A DNA stretch of 64,000 nucleotides from Mobula hypostoma (lineage: Eukaryota). The translations under genes were made by a program, and so were the position numbers. This document shows, one piece after another, positions 1-13,119 of this stretch. Within the stretch, counting starts at the first letter, position 1. Each line of letters begins with the position of its first letter. The stretch covers positions 7,998,001 through 8,062,000 of the forward strand of contig NC_086097.1 in NCBI RefSeq assembly GCF_963921235.1, in the 5' to 3' direction. The notes beneath the pieces were generated by a model. The model did not search any database, was not told the origin of the DNA, and worked only from the letters and a program-made list of their open reading frames with translations.

Positions 1-904
1 GGAAGGTAACTGTTTTTGAATCTAGTGATCCGACAAAAGAAGCTTTATATTCAGAAACATGCTCCAGAACAGTATAAGAATTAATAATTTTAAAACTGAT
101 TTGTTGTATCGCCAGTGAAATTTGATTTACTAAGCAATATAATATTTAAACTTGAGAATTCTTTAAAAAAGAAGTCATTCTGAATCGATTACTGGTTTTA
201 TGGATGTCCATTAGACAGTTTCTTAGTAAATTGAATAGGGTTTTAATATTTAAAAAGTTTTAAACCATGACCACTCTGTGTCTGATTGCCTTAAACGATA
301 AAAAGTAAATTTGAAGAGCTCCTTCAAACTGTCACAACTGAGTAAGTTTGGCAGAACTTTGCCACACTTATTATGCAATCTGGCCATGAGCGTAACTGAG
401 GGCAGCTTCTCGTGAAATGTTTTCCAAAGACTGTATTAAAGTTTGGAAAGTTTACTTTTTCATCATGAAAGGCATTGTAAACTCTCTGGTCTTTCAGCAG
501 TTCACAAATTGCTTGATGTTGGATATCTGCAATAAATGCAGAAAGTATTAGAGATGCTCAACAGGACAAGCAGCATCTATGGAGAAGTAAAAAGACACAG
601 TGCTATTACTTCAAATCAATGGCCTGTTAAACAAAACTTGGGAAAGTAAGAAATCAAGCAAGTTTTAATCTGAAGAGAAAGTGACAACAGACAGAGAGAA
701 CAGTCTGTGATGGTATACAGGTGGAGAAGGATGTTAGACACAGTAGTGGTGGGATTAAGTAAGAGGGTGATAAAGTTTTGTCTGACAGGAGATGATGAAA
801 TTTGTTGGAAGTGAAAGTGCAGAAGAATTGTGAATGAGCTTCTATTGTCCTGAAAAGCTAATTTGTGACATCATAAATCTCACAGGAGATTTGTTATGTC
901 ACCT

Positions 905-1383
905 ATGTACAGTGCAGAGCATTCTAACTGCTTCCATCAGCGTCTGGTATGGAGGCGCCACTACATGGGACTGGAAAATTGGAAAAATCTACAGATAATT
1001 TCAAACTTAGCTAGCTCTATCTTGGGTACTAACCTCCCCAGCATCAAGGGCATCTTCAAAAGGTGACGCTTCAAAAATGTGGCATCCATCGCTGAGGACC
1101 CCCAACACCCAGGACATGCCCTCTTCTGTCAAGGTGGATGCACAGGAGCTTGAAGACATACACCAAATGTTTTGGGAACAGCTTCTGCCTTTCTGCCAGC
1201 AGATTTCTGAATGGACAATGAACCCATGTACACCTACCTCACTATTTTTGCTATCTTTATGTAAAATTACTTATTTTTTCTATATTGCTTATTGTAATTT
1301 ATATACTTTTATGTATTGCACTGTACTGTTAAAACATTTTGATGACATACAATATGTCAGTGATATTAAGTCTGATTCTGATT
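905..1383 (+). mobile_element. Rex1/Babar-type LINE, degraded 3' fragment
   Basis: Same 3' ORF end and UTR as other copies in the window (e.g. 45800-46320). Ends in a TCTGATTCTGATTC tail. Confidence 0.7.
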
Positions 1384-1457
1384 CACATTTAAAACAACAT
1401 TTAAATAGTTTTAAAATATTACAGCAAATCTAAGTAAATGCAATGAAACTGATCTTT

Positions 1458-1932
1458 ATTAGATTAGATTAGATTCAACTTTATTGTCATTGTGCCGAGT
1501 ACAGATACAAAGCCAACGAAATGCATTTAGCATCTGACCAGAAATGCAAAGAATATTGTTATTTACAAAATAACTGCAAATAAAAAAAGTGCTACAGCAC
1601 ACAAATATAAAAGTACTGAGATAGTACAATATGGATGCAATATTGCTTAGCCCTGTGATGTGAGGTTCAGCAGGGTCACAGCCTCAGGGAAGAAGCTCTT
1701 CCTGTGCCTGCTGGTGCGGGAGCGGAGGCTCCTGTAGCGCCTACCGGATGGGAGGAGAGTAAAAAGTCCATGGTTAGGGTGAGATGCATCCTTGATAATG
1801 CTTTTCGCCCTGCCCAGCAGCGTTTATGGTAAATGTTCTCAATGGTGGGAAATTGGGTGCCGATAATCCGCTGGGCAGTTTTCACCACACTCTGGAGTGC
1901 TTTGCGGTCCGACACAGGACAATTGCCATTAT
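1458..1932 (-). mobile_element. Rex1/Babar-type LINE 3' fragment
   Basis: Minus-strand peptide DRKALQSVVKTAQRIIG..P.IE.IY..RC is typical of the Rex1 ORF C-terminus. TGACAATAAA plus (TCTAA)n tail at 1458-1490. Confidence 0.8.
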
Positions 1933-2254
1933 ATGGCTGAGGAACCGACAGTACATTCAAATGAATAGATTTCTGATTTGGTATTCAACTCGGCAGGATC
2001 TGTAAGCAATAAACTTTCAAAATCCATATTGAGTGTAGCACAGGAGCATCATTACAACCCTGACGCAAAATCATCTCGAAACATTAACAATTCCTTTGCT
2101 GTCACAAAGGCTGCTCAACCCAATGAGTAATTAAAAATAGTTTCTTGCTCCTGGTTCCAGCTCTGCTGTCTCCTTTGTCAGCATCATAGCAGATTCCAGG
2201 GCAAAAATCTGACAGCAGGTCTCTTACGTCCTTTTTCAGAAGCTACGTATAGCT

Positions 2255-2990
2255 CAAATACTATCTATAAATTTGCTGTTGATACAACTGTAGTTGCTGG
2301 AATCTCAGATGGAACAAGAGGGTGTACATGAGGGAGATAAACAGGCTAGTTGAGTGGTGTTGTGACAACAACCTTGCAGTCAACATCAGTAAGAAAAAAG
2401 AGTTGATTGTGGACTTCAGGAAGGGTGAGACGAGGGAACACAAACCAATCCTCATAGAGGGATCAGAAATGGACAGAGTGAGCAATTTCAGGTTCCTGGG
2501 TGTCAAGATCTCTGGGAACCTGACCTGGTCCCAACATATCAATGTAGCTATAAAGTAGGTAAGACAATGGCTATATGTCATTAGCAGTTTGAAGAGATTT
2601 GGTTTGTCACCTAAAACACGTGAGAACTTCTATAAATGTACCATGGAGAACATTCTTACTGGTATGGAGTGTGTGTGGTGGGGAGGGGGGAGCGGTTATT
2701 GTACAGGACCAAAAGAAGCTACAGAAAGTTGTAAAATTAGTAAGCTCTGTAGTATCCAAGACATCTTCAAGGAGCGGTGCCTCAGAATGGTGGCATCCAT
2801 TATTAAGGATCCCCCTTACTCAGGTTATGTCCTCCCCTCATTGTTACCATGAGGTAGGAGGTACAGAAGCCTGAAGGCACACACTCAGTGATTCAGGAAC
2901 AGCTTCCTCTCCACTGCCACCCGACCGCTGCTGCTAAGTTAACAAATTCCACGACACATGCCGGTAATAATAAACCTGATTCTGATTCTG
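2255..2990 (+). mobile_element. Rex1/Babar-type LINE, RT C-terminal half, degraded
   Basis: Peptide WCCDNNLAVNISKKKELIVDFRK...FRFLGVKIS..LTWSQHI with stops and frameshifts, followed by a (CTGATT)n tail. Confidence 0.85.
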
Positions 2991-3077
2991 ACAAAGTCCA
3001 GAATTTGCTAACATGAACCGACAAGTACAAGTCCATTAACTTTAGGGAAGTATGTATTTTAATAAAAATAAATAGTA

Positions 3078-3530
3078 TGGCCACTTTATTAGGTACAACA
3101 ATACACCCGCTTGTTACTGCAAATATTTAAACAGTCAATCATGTGGCAGCAACTCAATGCATAAAAGCATGCAGACAACGTCAAGACATTCAGTTGTTGT
3201 TCAGATCAAACATCAGAATGAGGAAGAATTGCAATTTAATTCCCGTTGTCTGTGAAATGATTGTTGGTGCCAGGCAGGGTAGATTGAGTATGTCAGAAAC
3301 TACTGATCTCCTGGGATTTTCAGGTTCAAAAGCCTCTGGAATTTACAGGGAATGGTGCTAAAAGCAAAAAAAAAAAAATGCACCCAGTGAGTGGCAGTTC
3401 TATGGGTGAAAATGCCTTGTTAATTCCAATCAGCACATGTTATAATAGTGGAGTACAGAAGAGTGCCGCTGAATGCATCACACAGCGAACAGGAGGTACA
3501 GGAGGTACCTAATAAATTGGCCACTGAGTG
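3078..3530 (+). mobile_element. Internally deleted Tc1-family DNA transposon
   Basis: TIRs TGGCCACTTTATTAGGTAC (3078-3096) and GTACCTAATAAATTGGCCACTGAGTG (3505-3530). Remnant transposase N-terminal HTH MIVGARQGRLSMSETTDLLGFS...IYREWC. Confidence 0.85.
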
Positions 3531-4134
3531 AATATTTAACTTATTAAACATCTTTGATAACCTTCACTAAGAGACCTTTACTTTGTTTAAATTTGTTTGG
3601 TGCTTTATGTGATTAAACTGCTAAATGAATGATTAGTCTGTTGTTCAAAGATCTATAAATCAACCGTATTTATCTGGTGTTTATACAGTTCAGAACGAAA
3701 ATGAAAATTCTACAGGTTGAGTGATACTTTATCAGGTTTCAGCTGTGATGTTTTCCATCTGCTCTTATGTTAAGTGAGTTACTCGAGCAGATATGAAATT
3801 GTAATCTATATGGGTGCAAAAATTCTGCAAAATGTATCAAAACGTTTGCTGATATGTTATGTTACCTGAAGGTAGAAGTGTTTTCAGTGTCAAGGTTCAG
3901 AATAACTGATATAGTTGTTCATTTCCTCTTCCCCATCTGGAGATACAACAATAATTCAAGGGTGTGAAAATAAAACATTAAGAGTGGCCTCAGTGGATTA
4001 TATTTCAAGATTTTTATTTGATAGTGTTCCTTCAGATTCATTCTAACACGCACTTACAGTCAGCTATACCTAAATATGTAGGGGTCACTGAACCGAGCAG
4101 TCTTGTTCGCCAGTTTCTCATCACTTTAATCCCA

Positions 4135-4400
4135 CTGTAACTTGGGGTAAGATGAAAAGGGAACATGAGGGGAAACCTCTTCACTCAGAGTGTGGTGGAA
4201 CGAGCGGCCAGTGTAGGTGGTGGATGTGAACTCGATTTCAATGTTTAAGAGGGATTGGATAGGTGAATGGATGGTAGGGGTATTGAGGTCTATGGTTCCG
4301 GTGCAGGTCGATGTGAGTAGGCAGTTTAAATGGATCAGCATGGACTAGATGGGCCAAAGGGTCTGTTTCTGGGCAGTGCTTTTCTATGACTCGATGATTA
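4135..4400 (+). mobile_element. CR1 LINE 3' end
   Basis: Matches the CR1 ORF2 C-terminus/3'UTR seen at 13770-14065 and 22200-22990. TATGACTC-type tail. Confidence 0.75.
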
Positions 4401-4469
4401 TATGGATAGAAAGTGTGTTGTTCTCCCAGACTAACGAACATAAACACTGAAACTTGAAAACCATTGAAC

Positions 4470-4700
4470 AGCATGTTACTGAACCTACAGGGGAACATGT
4501 TATCTTAGATCTGGTCCTGTGTAATGAGACAGGTAAAATTAGTGATCTTGCAGTTAGCGATCCTCTTGTAGAGAGTGATCACAGTATGACTGAGTTTCTC
4601 ATACAAATGGAGGGTACAATAGTTTAATCGAAAACCAGAGTATTATGGGATGAGGGAGGATTTGGCTAGTGTAGTCTGGGAACACAGGCTATATGGTGGG
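4470..4700 (+). mobile_element. CR1 LINE endonuclease (APE) fragment
   Basis: Translates EPTGEHVILDLVLCNETGKISDLAVSDPLVESDHSM, containing the LDL and SDH APE motifs. Confidence 0.75.
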
Positions 4701-5970
4701 AATGACGGGATGGGTCTGCCCCGACCCAGCACAGTCTCTACCATGCTCACACACCTCTATTCTCTCCTTCATTGCCTCCGACGTTTATCCCCTGGGTGGT
4801 AGCAACAAGCGATCCCGTGTCCTGCGACAACTGAAACCACGCAGCTCCCCAACTGTCGGTTATTCGCCATAAAAAAATAGTGAACCGGACTTGTTTTATT
4901 CTGCATTACCAGTGTCCAACAGGGTCCTGCAATCACAAGAGAAACATCCAAGCCAATCAATTGCTCTGTCAAACTGCATACTCTCCCTATGCACCAACTC
5001 CAATGCTTTCCTGTGGTCACATGGTCCACACCAAATCCAGCTTCTCCATTGAGTGACTCATTAGTGGGGTAGATCCAAAGTATTTGATGTTCTTGATAAC
5101 CAGCAGTGTCTTGCGATAATAATTTAAAAAAGATGTAAAGGATGAACAAATACACCTTTGGTTGGGCCTGGAGTGGCTGCTGCAACTACTCCATCTTACA
5201 GATGTTTTAAACATCGACTGTTATTCATTTCCACAGATGCTGCCTGGCCTGCTGAAGTCCTCCAGCATTTTGTGTGTGTTGCTCTGAGATATAAGTGCTG
5301 GGGCTATTACTCTACTTGCAATGCAACCACTGGAAAATTGATATCCTAATTCTCAGATTTGACACAACCACATTCTAAACCCAATGACTAACTCAGAAGT
5401 CTGGTAGTTCTTATTGAATGATAGAAAATAATATTCTTCTGTTTAGATGTTAAGGAGTGAAGCACTCCAGAGCAGAAAAAAAGCTATTTAACTTCTGCGA
5501 CCAGAATTTGTTTCTGTTGCAGAGAAACCTTCCATTTTACCAACAATGAATACTGCCTATTGAATGTGCTCACAACAAGATGGCCTTTGAATTGTCAGTG
5601 AAGTTTATTACTACGTATTTTACTTGTGTTTTGGATAGAGTGCTAAAGAAAGGTGTAAAGTTCAAAGTTCAAGTGAATTTATTATCAAGGTACATATACC
5701 GTACTGTGCTTAAGTCTCAGGCACATACACATACATACATAGGCAAGGTCATTTGATTCCAAGTAATCGGCTTATTGATCATTGCAGAATGTCTCTCTGG
5801 TCCACCCCTCTCCATTGCCCTTTTCCCAGCCATGATTCCACTCTCCCTACCCCCTTCCCACTCTCAGTCCACAATAGAGACCCATATCAGAATCAGGTTT
5901 ATCATCACTCACACATGTCATGAAATTTGTTTTTTGAGTCAGCAGTAGAGTACAGTTCATAAAATTACTA

Positions 5971-6033
5971 CAGTACTGTGCAAAAGTCTTAGGTATCCTA
6001 GCTATATATACCTAAGACTTTTGCACAGTACTG
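5971..6033. mobile_element. 63-bp Tc1-type micro-MITE (hairpin), right end of a composite repeat spanning about 5700-6035
   Basis: Perfect 25-bp TIR CAGTACTGTGCAAAAGTCTTAGGTA / TACCTAAGACTTTTGCACAGTACTG, with TA on both sides. Confidence 0.85.
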
Positions 6034-6596
6034 TATGTCACCATAGAAAACTCTGAGATACATTTTCATGTGGCGTTCACAGTAAATAAAATAAACAAAA
6101 GAATCAATGAAAGACTGCACTTAACAGGACGGACAAATAACCAATGTTCCAAGGACAACAAACTGTGCGTATGCAAAAAATAATCATCATAAACAATAAC
6201 TGAATAAGCAATAAATAAGAAGGATATGAGCTGAAGAGTCCTTGAGAGCAAGCCCATAGGCTGCAGGAACATTTCAATGATGGGATAAGTGAAGCTGAGT
6301 GAAGTTATCCCCTTTGATTCACGAGCCTGATGGTTGAGGGGTAATAACTGTTCCTGAACCTGGTAGTGTGAGTCCTGAGGCTCCAGTGCCTTCTTTTTGA
6401 TGGCAGCATTGAGAAGAGAGCACGTGGCCTCTCTTCTAATCTACTGATAGAGATTTTGCATTCTTGCTTAGTTATGCTGAAGTATTCAGATACGTTGCTG
6501 AATTGACTTCAATTATCACTATTTGTAGACATAGAGATATTGTTTCAGTTTTGAGATTTACATTTAACAATATGAAAAGAATTTGTCCCTTTGGTT

Positions 6597-8075
6597 AGAA
6601 ACATAGAAACATTTTAAAAAACCTACAGAACGATACAGGCCCTTCGGCTCACAAAGCTGTGGCAAACATATCCTTACATTAGAAATTACCGAGGGTTACC
6701 CATAGCCCTCTATTTTTCAAAGTTGCATATACCTGTCCAGGAGTCTCTTAAAAGACCCTATCGTATCCGCCTCCACCATTATCGCCGGCAGCCCATTCCA
6801 CGCACTCACCACCCTCTACGTAAAAATTTACCTCTGATATCTCCTCTGTACCTACTTCCAGGCACCTTAAAACTGTGCCCTCTCGTGCTAGCCATTTCAG
6901 CCCTGGGAAAAAGCCTCTGACTATCCACATGATCAATGCCTCTCATCATCTTATACACCTCTATCAGGTCACCTCTCATCCTCCACCACTCCAAGGTTTT
7001 TTCGGCCTTTTTTGGCCGAGTTCACTCAACCTATTCTCATAAGGCATGCTCCCCAAACCAGGCAACATCCTTGTAAATTTCCTCTGCACCCTTTCTATGG
7101 TTTCCACATCCTTCCTGTAGTGAGGCGACCAGATCTGGAGTCCAAGTGGGGTCTGACCAGGGTCCTATTTAGCTGCAACATTACCTCTCAGCTCCTAAAC
7201 TCAATCCCATGATTGATGAAGGCCAATGCACCATATCCCTTCTTAACCACAGAGTCAACCTGCGCAGCAGTTTTGAGTGTCCTGTGCACTTGGACCCCAA
7301 GATCCCTCTGATCCTCCACACTGCCAAGAGTCTTACCATTAATACCATATTCTGCCATCATATTTGACCTGCCAAAATGAGCCACCCCACACTTATCTAG
7401 TTTGAACTTCATCTGCCATTCAAAGCCCTGTTTTGCATCCTTTCAATGTCCCGCTGTAACCTCTGACAGCCCTCCACACTATTCACAACACCTCCAACCT
7501 TTGTGTCATCAGCAAATTTACTATCCCATCCCTCCACTTCTTCATCCAGGTCATTTATAAAAATCATGAACAGTAGGGGTCTCAGAACAGATCCCTGAGG
7601 CACACCACTGGTCACCAACCTCCATGCAGAATATAACCCATGTACAAACACTCTTTGCCTTCCGTGGGCAAGCCATTTCTGGATCCACAAGGCAATTTCC
7701 CCTTGGATCCCATGCCTCCTTACTTTCTCAATAAGCCTTGCATGGGGTACCTTATCAAATGCCTTGCTGAAATCCATATACACTACATCTACTGCTCTAC
7801 CAACATCAATGTGTTTGGTCACATCCTCAAAACATTCAATCGGGTTCGTAAGGCATCACCTGCCTTTCCTGAAGCCATGCTGACTATTTCTAATCATATT
7901 ATGCCTCTCCAAATGTTCATAATTCCTGCCTCTCTGGATCTTCTCCATCAATTTACCAACCACTGAAGTAAGACTCACTGGTCTATAATTTCCTGGACTA
8001 TCTCTACTCCCTTTCTTGAATAATGGAACAACAGCTGCAACTCTCCAATCCTCCGGAACATCTCCCGTCCCCACT
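6597..8075 (-). mobile_element. CR1 LINE, 5'-truncated RT region, degraded
   Basis: Peptides [56 protein letters not shown] and MRGDLIEVYK. (TTCTATGT)n tail. Confidence 0.95.
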
Positions 8076-8721
8076 GAGGGAACGTATTCTGGTTTTCCAC
8101 ATTACAACCAGACATTTACTACCTGTAAGGGATTGGTGTGTTGCTGTGTGCTTGACATCCGAAAGTATAGCTAACAAAGCTTCTTTCATTTGTATTACCT
8201 CAGTATTATTTCAAACTTTAGTAACATGATGTAGTTCATTTTATGCATAGTTAGGATTTGATAAAGGACTACAAACACTTGCATTGTAAAACTGCAAGTT
8301 GCTGTTCCAAATGCAGCATTGGAAATGTTATTATGAATTGAAATTCATCATGACCACATACCTTTCTTTTTTTAATCCTTCATGTTTCAGAATTAGATTT
8401 ATTGTCACTGGTGTAGAGCGTGAAATATGTTGTTCGCAGCAGTGGTAGAGTGCAAGGCATAAAATACATACATTACATAAAAATAAAAAGTGAAATATTA
8501 ACAATTAATGAGGTACTTATTCTTAGGTTTATGGACCATTTAGAAATCTGATGCCAGAGGGGAAGAAGCTGTACCTAAAACATTGAGTGTGTGCCTTCAC
8601 GCTCCTATACCTCCTCCTTGGAGTCTAGTTGGCTATCGTGTTATAGGCTGAGAAATCTTGGGAGTGGAATGAAGTGAGTCACTCTGAGTGAGAATGTGTA
8701 TTTTAGAAAAGATCAGAGACT

Positions 8722-8985
8722 TTTATTTATTTATTATTCATTGAGATACAGCGTGGAACAGACCCTTCTCGCCCTTCAAGCTGCACTACCCAGCAATCCC
8801 CAATTTAATGCTAGCCTTACCACAGGATAATTTACAAAGACCAACGGGAAGGAACTGGAGAACCCGGTGGAAACCCAGATGGTCATGGGGAGAACCTACA
8901 AACTCCTTACATGAGGCTGCGGGAATTGAACCCATGTCTCCTGCACTTTCAAGCATTGTACTAACCTCTGTACTACAGTGCCACC
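8722..8985 (-). mobile_element. tRNA-derived V-SINE (HE1-like)
   Basis: B-box-like GGTTCAATTCC, V-domain GGGTTTCCACCGGGTTCTCCAGTTCCTTCCC, CR1-like 3' end with (TAAA)n. Confidence 0.7.
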
Positions 8986-9224
8986 CCTTGGGAAGTGAGG
9001 AGCCCCTCAAGCTTCACAGTGCATCAGTTCAACTGGAGCAGGTAACTAATCTGATGGCTTTGGAAAAAATGAGAAGACAATATCAAGCCAATGGGACACC
9101 TATGCAAAACTGTTTAATGGCTACTGAGCAGCTGCCTGAGTTGGTGAAAGAACGGACAACACAGGATAAGGCTTTCTATGTTTCTATGTTTCTATGTTAA
9201 GTACAAACAGTAATATGCAGGGGA

Positions 9225-10037
9225 AACCTACGATAGGTCAAACACCTAGAGAGCTGGCGCAGGGATAACAACTTGATGCTTAATGTCACCAAAACCAAGG
9301 AGATGATCGTCGATTTCAGACGGTCTCAGCCTGAGCACACACCCCTCAGCAATAGCGACTCCACAGTGGAGAGAGTGGAAAATATCAAGTTCCTTGGGGT
9401 GCAGATCTCAGACAATCTCACCTGGTCCAGGAACACCACTGGGATTGTGAAACGGGTCCAGCAGAGATTGCACTATCTGAGGAAGCATCACTCCCCACTA
9501 ACATCTTAACTACATTCTACAGAGGCGTGGTTGAGAGTGTGCTGACCTTTTGCATCACAACCTGGTACTCCAGCTGCAGTGCTGTCGACAAAAAAGCCTT
9601 GCAGAGGGTGGTTAGGGGAGCAGAGAAGGTTATTGGGGTCGCCCTACCTTCTGTCCAAGAGTCGATGCCTCCAGAAGACACGGTACATCATTAAAGACCC
9701 CTCACACCCTCTCCATGAACTGTTTGTTCTTCTGCCATCAGGCAACGTTACAGGAGCATCAAAACTAAAACCACAAGGCTACTAAACAGCTTCCTCCCAC
9801 AGGCAGTCAGACTGCTAAATAGCTGCTCTACCTGACTCTGCTTTGGACACTTTTAACTTGCACTGGACACTTACAACTTGATTTTAAATGACATGTAGCT
9901 GTTGTGTTTTACTATTTATTGTTATGTTTATTATTTAGTGTTGCATTTGTTATGTTATGAAACGCTGTCTCATTCTGCCCTGCAGAGCTGATGTACGGTT
10001 AGAATGACAATAAAGTTTTTTGATTTGATTTGATTTG
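9225..10037 (+). mobile_element. Rex1/Babar-type LINE 3' part
   Basis: Peptide LNVTKTKEMIVDFRR...IKFLGVQISDNLTWS. TGACAATAAAG plus (TTTGA)n tail. Confidence 0.9.
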
Positions 10038-10282
10038 ACAGCTGAGGAACGTGTGGAAGAAAGGTCTTTGATCTGAATTGTTAACTCTGTTTCTCTTTCC
10101 AAAGATGCTACTGACCTGTTTAGTGTTTCCAGCATTTTGTGTAGAGCTGAGTAACAAGTCGGCCAGATAACTGAGACGTTTCAGAGGAAAACCCATCCAC
10201 AAAGAAAGTCAGTCCAGTTTATAGCAGACTGCAATAAAGGTCTCACCTTGGCAGAGCAGTGGTTTAAAACAATAGTGCTTTT

Positions 10283-10620
10283 CCCTCTCCCTTCCCTCTT
10301 CTTCTATTCCCCACTCCGGCCTCTTACCCCTTCTCCTCACCTGCCTATCATCATCCTCCATCTTCCCTTTGGCCTGTGCCCACTCTCCTCTCCAATCAGA
10401 TTCCTTCTTCACCAACCCTTCACTTTTCCCACTCCCACCTGGCTTGACCTATCACCTTCTTGCCATTGCTCCTTCCCCTCCTCCGACATTATTATTCTGG
10501 CATCTTCCCTTTTCCTTTCTAGTCCCAATGAAGGGTCTCAGCCTGAAACATTAACTGTTTGCTCATTTCCGTAGATGCTGCCTGACCTGCTGAGTTCCTC
10601 CACCATTCTGTGTGTGTCAT
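10283..10620 (+). mobile_element. Penelope-like element pLTR/3'UTR copy with degenerate hammerhead
   Basis: Pyrimidine-rich UTR, then AGTC CCAATGA AGGGTCTCAGCCT GAAA CATT AACTG and the conserved AGATGCTGCCTGACCTGCTG block. Confidence 0.75.
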
Positions 10621-10754
10621 TCACAAACCTTGATGGAAAGCTGTTCACAGGAAAATCTTGAGATGCATGAACCTGTAGAGTGGGTGCACTACCACAAGAG
10701 TCTGTGAACATGGAGAGGAGAAACTGGCTCAGCATGAGGTGATAGGGTGATGTC

Positions 10755-11000
10755 TTTATTTACTTATTTAGACATACAGCCCAGAACAGTCCCTTCTGGC
10801 TTGATGAGCTGCACTGTCCCTAAACTCACCTATTCAACCCTAGCCTAATCAAAGGACTAATTAACCTACTAACTGGTATGTCTTTGGACAGTGGGAGGAA
10901 ACCAGAGCATCTGGAGGAAACCTTACAGATGATGCCGGAATTGAACTTTGAACTCTGAGAAATAATAATGTTACGCTAACTCCAACACTATCATGACGCT
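10755..11000 (-). mobile_element. tRNA-derived V-SINE (HE1-like)
   Basis: V-domain reverse complement GTGGGAGGAAACCAGAGCATCTGGAGGAAACC. Same family as 23005-23305. Confidence 0.7.
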
Positions 11001-11363
11001 CAGTGACTGCCAGGATTGTTGTTAATCAAATGCTGACCAAGCCGGGTATTTCAAAAGAGGACAGCACTGAAATGTGGAGGAAATTCTAAATTGCTGGAGG
11101 ATATTGCAGCAAGTTGGGATATACTAGTGTGACAGGATCGACCAAAATCATGCATGTCAGAGTTGACAGCCTTGGCAACAATCCAAATAAATGGAAAGGT
11201 AAAAGTGATGACAGCTGGAATGAAGAAAAATCCAGTGTTTACAGGAAGTCAAAAAGGGATCAATCAATTATGAATTCATTCCATCTCCAGATCTCCAGCT
11301 CACAACACTCTTCAGAGCAAACTGCAGCTGAGAAACCTGAAGTGTCAGATTCAGATTCCCTTA

Positions 11364-12940
11364 TTAGTCATAGTCATAGTCATACTTTATTGATCCCGGG
11401 GGAAATTGGTTTTCGTTATAGTTGCACCATAAATAATAAATAGTACTAGAACCATAAATAGTTAAATAGTATTATGTAGGTTATGCCAGTAAATTATGAA
11501 ATAAGTCCAGGACCAGCCTATTGCTCAGGGTGTCTGACCCTCCAAGGGAGGAGTTGTAAAGTTTAATGGCCACAGGCAGGAATGACTTCTTGTGACGCTC
11601 TGTGCTGCATCTCGGTGGAATGAGTCTCTGGCTGAATGTACTCCTGTGCCCACCCAGTACATTATGTAGTGGATGGAAAACATTGTCCAAGATGGCATGC
11701 AACTTACACAGCATCCTCTTTTCAGACACCACCGTGAGAGAGTCCAGTTCCATCCCCACAACATCACTGGCCTTACGAATGAGTTTGTTGATTCTGTTGG
11801 TGTCTGCTACCCTCAGCCTGCTACCCCAGCACACAACAGCAAACATGATAGCACTGGCCACCACAGACTCGTAGAACATCCTCAGCATCGTCTGGCAGAT
11901 GTTAAAGGACATCAGTCTCCTCAGGAAATAGAGACGGCTCTGATCCTTCTTGTAGACAGCCGTAGTGTTCTTTGACCAGTCCAATTTATTGTCAATTCAT
12001 ATCCCCAGGTATTTGTAATCCTCCACCATGTCCACACTGACCCCCTGGATGGAAACAGGGGTCACCGGTACCTTAGCTCTCCTCAGTTCTACCACCAGCT
12101 CCTTAGTCTTTTTCACATTAAGCTGCAGATAATTCTGCTCACACCATGTGACAATGTTTCCTACCGTAGCCCTATACTCGGCCTCATCTCCCTTGCTGAT
12201 GCATCCAAATATGGCAGAGTCATCAGAAAACTTCTGAAGATGACAAGACTCTGTGGAGTAGTTGAAGTCCAAGGTGTAAATGGTGAAGAGAAAGGGAGAC
12301 AAGACAGTCCCCTGTGGAGCCCCAGTGCTGCTGATCACTCTGTCGGACACACAGTGTTGCAAGCACACGTACTGTGGTCTGCCAGTCAGGTAATCAAGAA
12401 TCCATGACACCAGGAAAGCATCCACCTGCATTGCTGTCAGCTTCTCCCCCAGCACAGCAGGGCAGATGCTGTTGAACGCACTGGAGAAGTCAAAAAACAT
12501 GACCCTCACAGTGCTCGCTGGCTTGTCCAGGTGGGCGTAGAAACGGTTCAGCAGGTAGACGATGGCATCCTCAACTCCTAGTCGGGGTTGGTAGGTGAAC
12601 TGGAGGGGATCTAAGTGTGGCCTGACCATAGGCCGGAGCAGCTCCAGAGCAAGTCTCTCCAGGGTCTTCATGATGTCGGAGGTCAATGCCACCGGTCTGT
12701 AATCACTGAGGCCGCTGGGGCACGGCGTCTTCGGCACAGGGATGAGGCAGGACGTCTTCCACAGTACAGGAACCCTCCGGAGCCTCAGGCTCAGGTTGAA
12801 GACATGGCGAAGTACTCCACATAGCTGAGGGGCACGGGCTTTGAGCACCCTGGTACTGACACTATTCGGTCCTGCAGCCTTGCTTGGGTTGAGACGTTTC
12901 AGCTGTCTTCTCACCTGTTCAGCTGTGAAGCCCACTGTGG
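11364..12940 (-). mobile_element. Rex1/Babar LINE, 5'-truncated, nearly intact RT domain (young)
   Basis: ORFs 11997-12935 and 11481-11984: KAAGP, DYRPVALTS, DPLQF.YQ, FFDFSSAFN, TGAPQGTVLSPFLF, FSDD, YKYLG. One small deletion/frameshift. (ATGACT)n tail at 11364-11384. Confidence 0.95.
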
Positions 12941-13119
12941 TTTATCATATGTAAATTGTAGCATGGAGTGAAAGGTGTCATTAGGGTTAACAACCAACAC
13001 TAGCTAAGGATGGGCTGAGGACAGCCGGCAAATGTCACCACTTATTCCAGCGCCAACATAGCGTTTCCACAATGTTCAGCAGAGCAACATCAGCAAGAAA
13101 AGAACAACAGTAAAACAAG

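Noticed and set aside
545..620. Functional hammerheads in old pLTR remnants (also 5200-5290, 10055-10140, 28330-28450, 29020-29105)
   Set aside because: Only the downstream block survives. The catalytic core is missing or heavily mutated.
11114..11443. 109-aa ORF as a host exon
   Set aside because: No recognisable domain or convincing splice sites. Its 3' part runs into Rex1 tails.
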